A stretch of 64,000 bases of DNA, from NCBI RefSeq assembly GCF_001194135.2, contig NC_069005.1, positions 1,102,478 to 1,166,477 of the forward strand, given 5' to 3'. Source of the stretch: Octopus bimaculoides. Lineage: Eukaryota. The translations under genes were made by a program, and so were the position numbers. Below the pieces are notes generated by a model. It had not been told where the DNA came from, made no database searches, and was given only the letters and a program-made list of their open reading frames with translations. Position 1 is the stretch's first letter. Each line of letters starts with the position of its first letter. This document shows positions 46,211-60,790 of the stretch, piece after piece.

Positions 46211-48726
46211 TTTCTTTAACTACCTGTGATATTTAGACTCAGAGGGGAGCCAGATTAAACAAAAGCCCATATTTAGTCCTTTCATATTCATAATAAAATT
46301 GATTCATAAACTATGAACCAAGTATATTTCTGTCAGCTCAGTGGACATAAGTGATCTTGTTCAAAGTTAGAAATCATTATTATTATTATTATTTAAAGCA
46401 GTAAGGTGACGAACTAGCAGAATTGTTAGCATGCCAGGCAAAATGCTTGGCAGCATTTCACCGATTTCTATGTTCTGAGTTCAAATTCCACCAAGGCTGA
46501 CTTTGCCTTTCATCCTTTCAGGGTCGATAAAACTGGTACCAGTTGAACATGGAGTTCAATGTAATTGACTTATCCCCTCCCCCAAAATTGCTGGCCTTGT
46601 GCCAGAATTTGAAACCATTATTATTTAAGATGGTGTTGTTAGCCAGACAAAATGTTTAGTGGTATTTTGTGTGTCTTCATATTCTAAGTTCAAATGTTGC
46701 AGAGGTTGAGCTAATACTGGGGTCGAGTCAATCAACTAGCCCCCTTCCCCAAAAAATTTCAGGCCTATAGAAGAAACAATTATTATTATTATTAATTTAA
46801 CAATAAATACAAGCAACTGTTTCATAATTTAGTAACAAAACTTACTATTTAGTGTTTTACGATTTAAAATGTTTTCTTGCTGTGATATCTGCAGAAATGT
46901 GCTGGATTAAGAAAAAAAAAACTTTCTTCACTGCAGGAATTCCAATGAGGAAGCTGTTGAAAGAAACATAAAAAACATCATCGTTATTATTTATTACTAT
47001 TAATTAATTAATCAATTAATTGGTTGTTATACATTACAAACAATTATCATCATCACCATCACCGTTAGCACTTTAGTAAAACAGATTAAAGTAAAAGCTG
47101 CAATGAAAATAATTAACATAAGAAATGCCATTCGATCACAAGTTTAGTTGATTGTATTATTGAGTTGCTGACTTTGGCTTCCCCCCCCCCCACACACACA
47201 CCTGACAGTTCTACAGAAACTATCAGCAATATATATACACGTACAACTGGGACTACATCATCTCACCTGTGTTCTATTGATGATTGTTAACAAATCAGGG
47301 TCAACACATCATCGTTAAACCTTCTACTCACTTTGAGACAGATCTAATTAAGAAGATTTTGTTTTCCAAAAATCAAAAATAAAGTGCAATTAAACAAATA
47401 AACAAAACAAAAAAGTAGAGTAAAAATGGAACTCAAATTCCATTAATATTATTATCATAATAATTGTTTAGCATCATGTTGTTGATGATGATGATGATGA
47501 TGATGATGAAGACCAACTCACTTCGCTGAGGAGACAACGAATGTAACGAACGATAAGAATTACTATCAACAGTTATAAATAAAAAGAATTTTCGCTAAAG
47601 TAATCTTTAATTAGATAGCAATCGTCAGTTTGTTCAGCACTGCTGCCTTGTTTGGCTACGATGAAACAGGATGAGGAGCGTGCCAGAGGTCTGAGCTAAT
47701 CAATACTTCAACATCTCCCTTGCAGTCTAACTTCAAGACAACACGGAGCAAGTTAACTTCTTCACCTCCTTTTGCCTTCCTACTACTTCCACTTCTTTCG
47801 AACTAAATGTAGGTCACCTGTGTTTTTAAAAATAAAAAGACAACATTTGAGTAGGAGGAAGTCTTCAGATTCTCTGCAAGAAAAGATTTCATCGAATGTA
47901 AATTTCACAATAAAATAATGATACAAGAGGCAGAGGAGGTAGGACTAAGGTGGTGGAGAGTCTGTTGGATGGACTTCGAAAGAATGGTTAGCACCATGTA
48001 TCATCCCTATCTGTCATTTATAAAAAATGCATGACAGAATGACGAAGTTTCCATCCTCTCTCTGTGTTCACATTTTTGTTGTGAAAATATTTACGAATAA
48101 TTTTCTCCTTCTTTTCCCCAGTTCTAGAAATCTCATTTCATGGAATTTAACGCTCTTGAAAAAAGTAAGAACAACATCACCCTATCTTATTTCCATTGCC
48201 ATACTGTGTCTGTAATAAACAAAAGTTTTGGGGGTTTTTTTCTGTTCAGATTTACACAAGATATCTCACTTCAAATTTCATTATTAAATTACCAATTTTT
48301 TAAACAAAAAAAAAAAAATAAAAATAACTAAAATAACATCATCAATAACCAATAACCAAGAACGCCAAGGAAGCAAATTTTACCCTCCACAGCTTTAATA
48401 AAACCAAACCCTTTGGTTCCAGAAAAAGGAGAGGAATATCAGCCCCAAAATTATACAAGAAATATCTATCTATCTATCAATATATGTATGTATGTATATA
48501 TATAGTGTAAACATTTGTCCAAACTAACTTAAAACAAGTGTGAAGAAATCAAGGTACCCGAGAAAAGATTAAAAGAAGAAAAAAAAGGGGGTTGGGTGGG
48601 GGACAACTCGACTGTGTTGCAGGCAGAAATAATTCGCTGCGATAACAGGTAGTTTATCGAAGAAACAAAATGAGAAGTACAAGCAAAGAAAAACAGCAGA
48701 GAGAGAAGAGAAGAACCAAAGAGCGA

Positions 48727-48759
<33 letters not shown>

Positions 48760-49500
48760 TGAGCAATGGAAAATTGTGTGAAAAGAACAGAATATGAAGA
48801 TGCAAAACAAATGGAAAACAGCAAACTAGATTTGTAGAATTATGTATATAAAATTACAATAACAATTTCCATTGCCAGNNNNNNNNNNNNNNNNNNNNNN
48901 NNNNNNNNNNNNNNNNNNNNNNNNNNNNNNNNNNNNNNNNNNNNNNNNNNNNNNNNNNNNNNNNNNNNNNNNNNNNNNNNNNNNNNNNNNNNNNNNNNNN
49001 NNNNNNNNNNNNNNNNNNNNNNNNNNNNNNNNNNNNNNNNNNNNNNNNNNNNNNNNNNNNNNNNNNNNNNNNNNNNNNNNNNNNNNNNNNNNNNNNNNNN
49101 NNNNNNNNNNNNNNNNNNNNNNNNNNNNNNNNNNNNNNNNGTGTGTGTGTGTGTGTGTGTGTGTGTATGAAGCCTGCTAAGTGCAGTGCATGAAACTTAC
49201 GGTCCTCAAGTCACTTTTGTAACTTTGTTTCAATTAAAAATAGTAATAATAAAAGAAAAGAAATATATACAACCATGTTTTGAGTTCTTTTTATTCTGTT
49301 TGTTCCATGAAACCGACACACACACATGCACACACACACACACACACACATTAGTATTATTTCTGAAGCCTTTATTTACTTTTTTTTTTAACTCTGCAAT
49401 TATGTTTGAACTATAAATTACATGCTCTATAGTGATACCACATTTTACTTGTTCATTCTTTTTAATACATACATACATACACACACACAAACATCTATAT

Positions 49501-49531
<31 letters not shown>

Positions 49532-52524
49532 CACAAACATATATATATACACAAGCACATACATATATATACACAAACACATACATATATATATATATAC
49601 ATACACACACATATACATATATAGGGGAAAGGATTTAAGGTAAATCCGTATGGAATTGTGCAAGCCACCGTATTATAAACTGTTTAAGCAAAGATACAAT
49701 TATGTATGTTAGTTGTTCTTTGAATACAGCTTCAACAGGAGAGAAGTGTGGCTGGTGAGGTGTTGTTGGCTAATAATTGGATGTTTAACATAAGTGTGTG
49801 TGTGTGTGTGTGTGTGTGCGCGTGCGTGCGTGCGTGCGTGCGTGTGTTGGTAAATATGTTTTCGAGTAACAACACCTACATGTTGTCCTGGCTCTGTGAG
49901 AAAACTACAAGAGACTAGCAGTGCAAAGCAAGCCAGACGGTTGATAAACACACCAACACTGCTTTATGAAACAGTGAGGATATTTTAGTTAAAACAAATA
50001 CAAAGTTTGTTTTTGCTGTTAAACAGCTTTCATGGTTTGATATGGCAACGGAAGAGGGAAGACAAAAAAAAAGACACATTTTAGAAAATTAGTCCTAAAA
50101 CATTAATTTGGGATGAGAGAGTAAAAAGGATTTCATGGTTTCTGACTTTGATGCAAGGGGAAGATGTGTGCAGGGGGGAGGTTAATAATGAAGGAGACCG
50201 AGGATATTATTGGTATGTAATCCACAGGTAAAGCAGAGAGACAGGTGGGTTATTTTATACAATCAGTGCTGAGCGAGTCTCAGCACAATAGCTCAACATT
50301 CCAGAAATAGCAGCAAAATCTCCCTCAAATCTTACCATACGTCATAAAGTAAATAAACGATGGAAAGTGAGATCCTAGATTGTAAAAAAAAAAAAAAAAA
50401 AAAAAAAAATGGCGATGCTGGGAATGCATTTGATCAGAGATCCTACCAGATCAAAGTTGACCTAGAGTTACACAACAGAGTGAAGTATTTAGTGTAGCTC
50501 TGCCATTCTTGATGCTGGTAGAATCAGTGGAGCGCTAGAGAAAAAGGGTGTTGCAGTATTTAATTATTTGGGGTTTAGGTAGCTTTCAAATACTGGTGGG
50601 ACAAACTCTGTCTTCAATTAAATAATCATCATCATCATTTGGCACCCATCTTCCTTCCATGCTGGGGGAAGCTGGATGGTGTGTCACAAGGCTCAATGAA
50701 TCAGAAGACAGCATTCAGCCCCACTGTCTACTTTAGAATAGTTTCTGCAGCTGAATGCTCAAGTTGCACTGGGTACCATTTTTCTTTTTCCTTTTTGTTT
50801 GGCTTTTTGTCCTTTTCTTTTTTTGCCATAGTATTAGCACTGATGAGGTTGCTGTGCAATTCACAAGACTTAAAAATCCCCCTTGATGAGTGAAAGTGCA
50901 GAAGGATTTGTCTACGAAATCCACTCACAAGGCTTTGGACAGCCTGGGGTTACATGATAGACACTTGCATAGGGTGCCATGCTGAGGCACTGAACTCAAA
51001 ACCCCTATACACCCCTATACACACAAACACAAATAAAAAGCAAAAAAAATGATACAATCAAATTAGTATATAGAATGATACCAGGCCTGAAGTGATTGAT
51101 GCGTTCTCTACCAAACTAACATTGGTGAACTTTGTTCCAACCCAGCACCTACCCTTACTCCATATAAGAACCAAACACTTCCCCTCTCATCCTCCATCTC
51201 TGTTTACAGACACATTGTGTCTGTACAGGGCAATAGTAAAAGACACTTGCCCATGGTGCTGCACAGTGGAGCTGAACCCAAGACCACATGGTTGGAAAAC
51301 AAGCCTCTTAATCTCACAACCACACCCGACACATAAATGACATGAAATGCAAAAGAAAGCAAGAGTTGTTTTCTCCATTAACTCTATAATCTCAGACACT
51401 TCTAACTGATGACCATTTATGCTGTTAACCACTATATATTGTGGAGATCAAATATGATGGGGAAAAACGAATTCTTGCCTCGCTTCCAAATGGCTGGTCC
51501 TCTTAACCATTTTGATAACAACCTGCCTGAAACTGCCCCTGATTCAAGGACACATAACTTTTTGGGTTAAACTGAGCTAAATTAAAACCATGCATCAAGA
51601 TTTTATGTTAACATATATTCCAAATTCCAACAAAGTTATTTTATCAACTTCTTCATTATTTTCAGAATTAATTCAAATAAAGGCAGTGCATTTTTCAATA
51701 GAAATATGGCAATGAAACAATTAAATACTTTTGATTGATTTTGATTAACCTATTGGTATTTAGATCAATCTCTCAACTGTAATGTATTGTTTCAAATTAA
51801 TGATGCATTATCTCATAGCTTTGTGGTTTATTTTTAGAATGACATTGTAGGGTAGGTGTGAGAGGCTATATCTGGCCAGTTTGGCCATGGAACAAGTAAA
51901 ATATTTGGGCCAGATGTGGCCTGTTTAAATGCTAAAGAGTTAAAATCAGGTCTTGACATAACCTTTTTTACAAATCTTTCTAAAGAATTTCACAAGTTTC
52001 ATTCTTATGTCAAACTAACCAATAACTTGACCAAAATCTTTAACTATCATCATCATCATCATCGTCATCTTCTTCACATATACTTTTCCATGCACTAGAC
52101 TTCTGTGTCTGTTTTGGCGTGATTTTTGCAGCTGGAGGCCCTTCCAAATGCCAACTACTTTAGCACCAGCACTTGTAAGATAAAGAATCTTTGAGGGGAG
52201 AGGGAGCATTGGAGGAGGTGAGGATGAAAAGTTAGAGTGTGACAGAGAGACAGAAACAGGTGTCTTGCTGTAGAGGAAGTAAATGGTTACTTGGCCAGAG
52301 GAGTGGGGGAAGAGAAGGGATGGAGAGAGGGAGAGAGAGAGAGAGAAAAAGAGAGAGAGAGATAACAAGAATGAAGATGGGTGCTATCATTATCATGGTG
52401 GGATTAACAAGACTTTTAGGGCAAAAATTGAGTTTTTGGCTACAGGTTGGAAACAAGAGAGGACGTTTGCCTCAGATGACAGTTCAACTTCTTTTGAGGC
52501 ACACACACACACACACACACATAG

Positions 52525-52594
<70 letters not shown>

Positions 52595-52993
52595 TATGGG
52601 TAGATATACACAAAGATACATCACAATCATCTTTAACATCCACTTTCCCATGCCTGCATGGGTCAGACAGAATTCACTGAGGCAGGCAGATTTTCTCAGG
52701 CCAAATTACTTTCCTCTTACCAACCCTCACCTGTTTTCACAGAAGACTGGAAATGGACAACACTGCTTGTATGACAGTGACACTCATTTACAACTATTGT
52801 ACAATGTCAAGACATGGAGACACAAACATACACCCACCCATGCACACAATATATATAAGCCTATCGTGTGTGTGCGTGTGTGTATAAGTACATACATTCA
52901 TTTGCCTACCAAATCTTAGGTGCCAAGTAGTGAGACAAAACCTAAAACTGATGTTGTTGGGAAACAAACTTCTTAACCACTCAACCATACCTG

Positions 52994-53027
<34 letters not shown>

Positions 53028-54859
53028 GATATAAGCATACGTATGAACATACATTTACATACACATAAAAAAAAAAAGAAACGGTATCAGTCAAGTGCTG
53101 TGATGCTCAACATTCTCCCCGTAAGAAGAAGAGAGAATGGCTGTCCGGAAGAGATGCATCTTTATAGAATTTAGTTCCATCCTGGCACAATTGATTTTCC
53201 TTTCCTTTTTCCCATCCATCTTAAGAGTTAATAAAGTACAAGTGACACAGCAGGTCTGATTGACCATGCCCCCACCCAACTCCCTCACTTCTATCACGCT
53301 AAGACATCGTTATAATTAATACATGTTTAATCGTTAACGACCCAACATTGGACTGAGGAATGCTTTCTAATAATTCGTTTCATTCCTTTACATTCTCAAA
53401 TAGTTACACATGTTCCAGAACACAGTTGTTGTTTCTCGATACAGCTTTTGTTATTGTCGCTGCATCTACTGCTGCTGCAGCTAACCTCAACGCTACCTTT
53501 TATGTAACACCAACTTCTGTCTTATTCCTCCTTCAAGGCATTTTCAACTGCACAAACTAACCCTGGGGATATTCTACAAACTCCTCCATCCAGTTGCCTC
53601 TCTCTCTAACCCTGGTCTACCAACGTATTCGAGCAGCAGCATCAGAATCGGTTTTAAACTAGTCGACCACATTCAAGTAATTAATTAATGTTATTTATAA
53701 CGACTGAAGTCAGTACTACATCACCAGTCAGCGATGAAGTTTACGTTGTCAGTCACAGCATTTCTTCACTTAAATTCCATTGCGAAATTGTCTTAGAAAA
53801 AAAGGCAAAAAAACCACAATCACCATTTTTGATTTTGGTCTACTTCATTGCAAAACAAAACAAAACAAAAAAAAAAGGCGGGGGTGGGGGCAGACGGGCT
53901 GTTGTACCGAATTAAAAGGAATTTACGATATTTATATAACGAATGAATAGAAAATTAGGATAGCTCCTGGAATTAGTGAGCGAGTGGTGATGGTCTGTTG
54001 CTATGAATCATTCTAACAACAGTCGATATTGACAAAAATATCTTTGAAGTTATTTACTCGAAACAAAAGCACTTAAATATCACAAGTAAATGAGTAATAG
54101 ATGAAGTACGACTGGCTCCAGGTCAGACCTGATCTGGCAGAGCTATGATCGGTGAGGTTCCAGCCATGACCATCTCGTTTTATTCTCAAGAGGTGTTTGT
54201 TGAACTGCATGATCGAATGTGTCCTTCAGTTTTTAAGATGACAGGATGTGATTTGAGGGAGATTTGGCTACTGTTTCTAACGTGTAATAATATGCTTGGC
54301 AAACTTGTTACAAGTTAGGTTCAAGTGAAGAAAGGCCACAATGATGGCTGATGTCAGGAATCACACCAAAATAACAAAATAACAGGAACAATTACAACCA
54401 AAAAGAAAAAAAGTTTTGACTACAGAGAAAACTTCATAATCAATGATCATTGGGGTCAATGAAATCGACTTAACCACCCCACCCCAAAATTGCTGGCCTT
54501 GTGCCAAAACTGGAAACCATCATTGTTATTATTATTATTATTATTATTATTAAGGCAGTGAACTGGCAAAATGCTTAGCGGCATTTCATCTGTCTTTATA
54601 TTCTGAGTTCAAATTCTGTCAAGGTCAACTTTGCCTTTCCTACTTTCCAGGTCGGTAAAAAAGGTACCAGTTGCTCACTGGGGTTGATGTAATAAACTTA
54701 TGCCATCCCTCAAAATTTGTGCACCATTATCTCTTTATCACAGGTTTTGTTGGAACTCCTGGGGTTTTAGGATTACAACCTGCAGCAGCCTACGCTACCA
54801 TGCTATCCATTCTTTCTAGCTATCTAATACCTTCTTGATTATTCTTGCCGTGCCAAGGA

Positions 54860-55215
54860 GGCAAACCTTTTGTAAAGGGGCATCCAACATCAAGTACATA
54901 GCATACGTGGTGCACCTTGTCCACCACCACTAGGTCTGGTTTGTTATGTTCTAGCACTTGACCTGTTTGGATTGGGAAATCCCAGAGGATTTTGCTAGTT
55001 TCCAACTCTGCCACTCTCTGCGGTTTGTGCTCGTACTACATCTTGCCTCCCTCTAGTCCCCACTTTTTGCAGTTTCCAATTTAGGACTTTCGCCACCTGG
55101 TTGTGTCACCACAACTTGTAGTAGTTTTGGGCAAGTCTAGGGCATTCGTTCATAATATGGGCAATGGTTTCATTGACTCTATTGCAGATGCGGAACAGCG
55201 GAGACACTTGCTCAG
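54860..55215 (-). mobile_element. R4/Dong-like non-LTR retrotransposon remnant (zinc knuckle plus restriction-like endonuclease)
   Basis: SPLFRICNRVNETIAHIMNECPRLAQNYYK..HNQVAK, then YEHKP, KILWDFPIQT..EHNKPDLVVVDKVHHVCYVLDVGCPF (PD..D core), with stops and a frameshift. Confidence 0.8.
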
Positions 55216-55282
55216 TCCTCAGGTTGACCCTCAGTCCTCAGGTTGACCCTCAGGTTGACCCTCAGTCCTCAGGTTGACCCTC
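55211..55282. repeat. 19-bp minisatellite (CTCAGTCCTCAGGTTGACC), about 4 units with one partial
   Basis: Read directly; it sits at the broken end of the R4-like fragment. Confidence 0.85.
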
Positions 55283-56023
55283 CAGCTCTACTCTGTCCTT
55301 CAGGCTTTCACAATGATAAAATAAGTACCAGTTGAAACACTGGGGTTGATGTAATCAACTTACCCAACTCCCTCAAAATTGCTGGCCTTGTGCCAAAATT
55401 TGAAATTATCATTATCATCATTATTATGAATGTGATGCTAAAGACAGATTCTTTCATGATCTGTTTTGGCCAAAAATATCAGCTTATTCATTCCATGACT
55501 TCGTTTGATGACAGTCAAGTTAATGGTGGGCAGAAAATAAGTTTCAGGGATTTTTTTTTTCTTTCTTTTTGTGGTCTGCTAGCAGAGGAAGACATTGGCA
55601 AGACAGAAGTAACAATAAATTTAATTATTCATAAACTAATAGCAAAAAAAAAAAAATCTATTTAATTGTACTGAAGAGAATTTAGAAATCAGTTAATAAT
55701 TAATCATTTCATTTTGTTTTGTTTGATTTTGATAATTTTTAACGGGAGTTCTTGATTAGAAATCCATACAGTAAATATATATCTTTATACAACACGATGA
55801 AAGACAGTTGAAGTAGTATGCATATAGTTTAGTGATCCTAGAAAACAATTTTAAGTCAGAGAGTTGAAGTGATGGAAAAGAGGACTACTAGCAAACAGCA
55901 GCAGGCGTCTATGCAGAAGGCAACAACTAGAAAAGGTGCAGCATCTGCTGCAGAAGTGTGACAAACTTGCAACTTTCAGTCACAATATTATTCTTATTAT
56001 TATTACTCCAGTATTCTACAAAG

Positions 56024-56062
<39 letters not shown>

Positions 56063-58526
56063 GGACATAATGCCTGCTGCTTCACAGATGCAAACAATTT
56101 TTCAAAGTGTGTGTGTGTGGAGGGAATTTCTAGCTTACAATTAAATTGCCAAAGCCAAGTGGAAGCTTTGTGTTTGTGTGTGTGTGCTTAGAAGAATAGT
56201 GACGAAAAATTCCATTATCTTATAGAAACATTTTCTATATAAAGGGGGGGGAAAAAATAACCTATATTCTTATATTGAACACATACCAAAATAATAGATT
56301 GGTCGTATCTAACCAAGTACAAACCAAAATACCATCCTCTTAGAATAAGAACTAAAGGTAGAGATTAGAAAGAAATCACACACACACACACACGTGTGGC
56401 AGAAGAAACGGATTTTCTGTCAAAACAACAAAACTGTTTATTTTAGTTGAATTGTATTGCTATTTCAAGGTCATGTAATGGAGAGAAGTAATAAAGATGA
56501 AGTAACAACTAAAAGCCAGATAATTACTACGGATTAAGATATGTCTTGTAGCTGCTTTGTATGTTTCTGAATGTTGTACAAATCCAAGAAGAGAGGGAAG
56601 ACTCAGAGGAACTGGATAAGTAAGGGAAGTGCTTATATTATGTGGGATACATATATATAGGGACCAAAGAAAAGATGTTGCTACAATGATAGTATGAGAA
56701 ATATCTGGGCCCCTCATCTCAGAAAGAAGTAGGCAGCGAAGTAAGGAAGCTATAAAACATTTAAGAACACAGAAAACTGTCTTGAAATATTTGCAAAGAA
56801 TATTTGTTTTGAATCTCTTCCATTAGATGAGGGCTTGGAGAAGTCAAAAGTGAAGTGGAATTTGGTAGGAACTGAACTCAGAATGATAAATGAACAGTTT
56901 TGAAGTTGGCAAATGGTCACAAATTTTAGGGGAGAGCATTTAATTTAATTATTGATCTCAACAGGCTTGGCTGTGAGGAAAGAAGTAGGCTTCTCAACCA
57001 TATGTTTTGGGTTCAATCCCATCATACGGTGCCATTGGTAAGTGCCTTTTACTATAGTGCTGGGTCAACCAGATCCTTGCGAATGGAGTTGGTAGATGGA
57101 AAGTGAAAGAAGTCCTCTGTGTGTATGATTTCAAATTTTGGCAAAGGGCCAGCAGCTTTTGAGGGGAGGGGAAGTTGATTACATTAACCCCAGTACTTGA
57201 CTGGTACTTCTTGCTGCCTTGCCTTACTAATAATATTGAAGCTTTATTAACCACAAGGGTTGACGAAAACTTCAAGGACAAGGAAATCCCAATTTCCAAC
57301 AATTGCATAAGACCCCAAATCTTTCAGATAAAGTTTAATTATTTTATTGATCCTGGAAGAATAAAAAGCAAAGCTGGTGTAATTAGATTTGGATCTAAAA
57401 AGAAGAACATTACCAAAATAGCTGAAAGGACCCCAGTCCTAACATTGTAGAAACAAAAAACTAGTGATGTCTTCATTCGTTTGCCAGACAAAGAACTGGA
57501 CTTGTTATGTAGAAACAATCTGGCCTGGAAAACAATGACCTCATGCTGCTGTTGAGAAGCCAGAAGTAGGCTCTTGGCCAAATCATTACCAAATGCTGCC
57601 AGACACCTACTGCTGACAAATTCACTTTTAGCAAACACACACATCATAATAGTTATACAGATCATAAAATTACATATACACCACACAAAAATTAGCTGTA
57701 ATTTATTTCCCTAACATCATTTTATCATCCATTTTCCCACCCTTGTGTAAATCAAACAGTCTTTTGAAGCTGATTTTCTACAACCAGATGCTCCTCCTGT
57801 TGCTAACCCTCATCTCCATCATCATAAGGGAAAGGCACTTGCACTTTGCGGGACATGGCTGATGAGCTAAACAAGAGCTGGTAAGTGGTCTATGGCTATG
57901 GATGCCAAAGCATCTTGAGCAGGTTGTCTGAACACAACATATGTAGATCAACATGGCTCAGACACTAGATGCCTCCCTAAAGACCTCCCTCAACTAATGC
58001 AGGACTGAGATGGATGGTGTGTGTGCATGTTAAAAATATATCCATGCAAGTTTTAATCAGATGACAATGATGAATCCAAAACAATGTGAATAAATAAGCA
58101 TTACATTTCACAGAGTAATCTGAATGTTAAAGAATTAATTTTATTGTTTTTTTTTGGCCAATTCTAGTTCATAAAATCTGAGGTTATTATTACATTCTGA
58201 GTTCAAATTCTGCCAAGGTCGACTTCACTTTTCATTCTTTTGGGGTCGATAAATTAAGTACCAGTTGTGTACTGAGATCAATGTAATCGACTTACCCCAT
58301 CTCACCTGAAATTTCAGGCCTTGTGCTGTTGTTAGTAGAAAGAATTATTATTATCATTAAAATGGTGAGCTGGCAGAATTGTTAGTTAGCATGCCAGACA
58401 AAATTCTTAACAGCATTTTATCCCACTTGACATTCTGATTTCAAATTCTGGGGCTGACGTTGCCTTTCATCCTTTCGGGACCAATACATGTAATTGACTA
58501 GTCCCCTCCTCCCCAAAGTAGAAAGG

Positions 58527-59035
58527 ATTATTATTATTATTATTATTACTACTATTATTATTATTACTATTACTACTACTATTATTATTATTACTATTAC
58601 TACTACTATTATTATTATTACTATTACTACTACTACTATTATTATTATTACTATTACTACTACTATTATTATTATTACTATTACTACTACTATTATTATT
58701 ATTACTATTACTACTATTATTACTATTACTATTATTACTATTACTATTACTATTATTACTATTACTATTACTATTATTATTATTATTATTATTATTATTA
58801 AGGCAGCCNNNNNNNNNNNNNNNNNNNNNNNNNNNNNNNNNNNNNNNNNNNNNNNNNNNNNNNNNNNNNNNNNNNNNNNNNNNNNNNNNNNNNNNNNNNN
58901 NNNNNNNNNNNNNNNNNNNNNNNNNNNNNNNNNNNNNNNNNNNNNNNNNNNNNNNNNNNNNNNNNNNNNNNCTATTACTATTACTATTATTACTATTACT
59001 ATTACTATTATTATTATTATTATTATTATTATTAA
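58527..59035. repeat. (ATT)/(ACT) compound trinucleotide repeat with higher-order units, spanning an N-gap
   Basis: Read directly from the sequence. Confidence 0.9.
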
Positions 59036-59542
59036 GGCAGCCAGTTGGCTGAGTCGTTAGCACACCAGGCAAAATGCTTAGCAGTATTTTTCTGTCTTTA
59101 CATTCTGAGTTCAAATTCCACTGAGGGCGACTTTGTTTTTCATTCTTTCGGAGGTTGATAAATTAAGTACCAGGGAAATTCTGAGGTTGATGTAATCGGC
59201 TAGTTCCCTCCCAAAAAACTTTCAGGCCTTGTACCTATAATAGAACGATTATTATTATTAAGAATATTGCATAAGTACAGAGAGGCATTGAGTGTAGCAA
59301 AAGAAATGCTTCAAGTAATTCTTCTGCAACAGTCGTAGCCATAGGAATGTGTAACCAAGAAAACTATCTCCACTTATTCCAAGACTGGCTGTGTTTACTT
59401 TCAATTTTGAGTCAATTACAATACAGTTAGTATTGCACCTGATGTTGAGTAAGAAAAGACCAGGTAAATCTCTTTGAAATAAATCTTGAATACTAATCGC
59501 TAATTATTTCTTTCTCCTCTACAAATCATATTCACATACTTG

Positions 59543-59597
<55 letters not shown>

Positions 59598-60511
59598 CAG
59601 CAGTAACTACAGAACAGACTCAGTGACAGAAGTTATCAATTAAGATATTTATTTTTTAAATTAACACAATTAGTAAGAACAACAACAGCAGTTAAAAATT
59701 CTACCAAATGAAGCAGAACACAATAAAACGGATTGTTTCAATACAAGAGAATCAGTGTTGTTCTTTATTGTGTAATGAATGCCAACTCCCGCCACACTTC
59801 TCTCACCCTGACTATAGTTCTGTGAGAATGGTACCAACNNNNNNNNNNNNNNNNNNNNNNNNNNNNNNNNNNNNNNNNNNNNNNNNNNNNNNNNNNNNNN
59901 NNNNNNNNNNNNNNNNNNNNNNNNNNNNNNNNNNNNNNNNNNNNNNNNNNNNNNNNNNNNNNNNNNNNNNNNNNNNNNNNNNNNNNNNNNNNNNNNNNNN
60001 NNNNNNNNNNNNNNNNNNNNNNNNNNNNNNNNNNNNNNNNNNNNNNNNNNNNNNNNNNNNNNNNNNNNNNNNNNNNNNNNNNNNNNNNNNNNNNNNNNNN
60101 NNNNNNNNNNNNNNNNNNNNNNNNNNNNNNNNNNNNNNNNNNNNNNNNNNNNNNNNNNNNNNNNNNNNNNNNNNNNNNNNNNNNNNNNNNNNNNNNNNNN
60201 NNNNNNNNNNNNNNNNNNNNNNNNNNNNNNNNNNNNNNNNNNNNNNNNNNNNNNNNNNNNNNNATTCAGCCAGCTCGTTACCTTAATAGTAATAACAACT
60301 AATTTTCATTTGGTACTAACACAGCCAAGAAGATAAAAATTGTTTGCCTTGTTAGATCAGGTTTGTTTTTGTGTTTAAAAGCGGAAAAAAAAAAAAAACC
60401 ATGGTTCTTTGCAATAAGGCAAGATTTTTGAAGAAGAAATTAACATGGCATTGTTTTGCCTTGAGTGAGAGCCTGAAGACTTTTATGAATTATTCTGGAA
60501 CATCATCATCA

Positions 60512-60554
<43 letters not shown>

Positions 60555-60790
60555 GCCCAGGTCAGACAAGATTTATTGAGGTAGGTTTTCTAAGACAAGA
60601 TGCCTCTACTTTAATGAACTCTTACCTGCTACCAAGGTAATATTTCACCTTGGCTGAGCAGGTGAAACAAATGATTGGAAACAAATGACACTGCTTGTGT
60701 TAATATAGTGATAATCATTTAGAACTGTCATGTGATGTCAAGACAAGGAGATACACACACACACACACACAACGTTTATATATATATATT

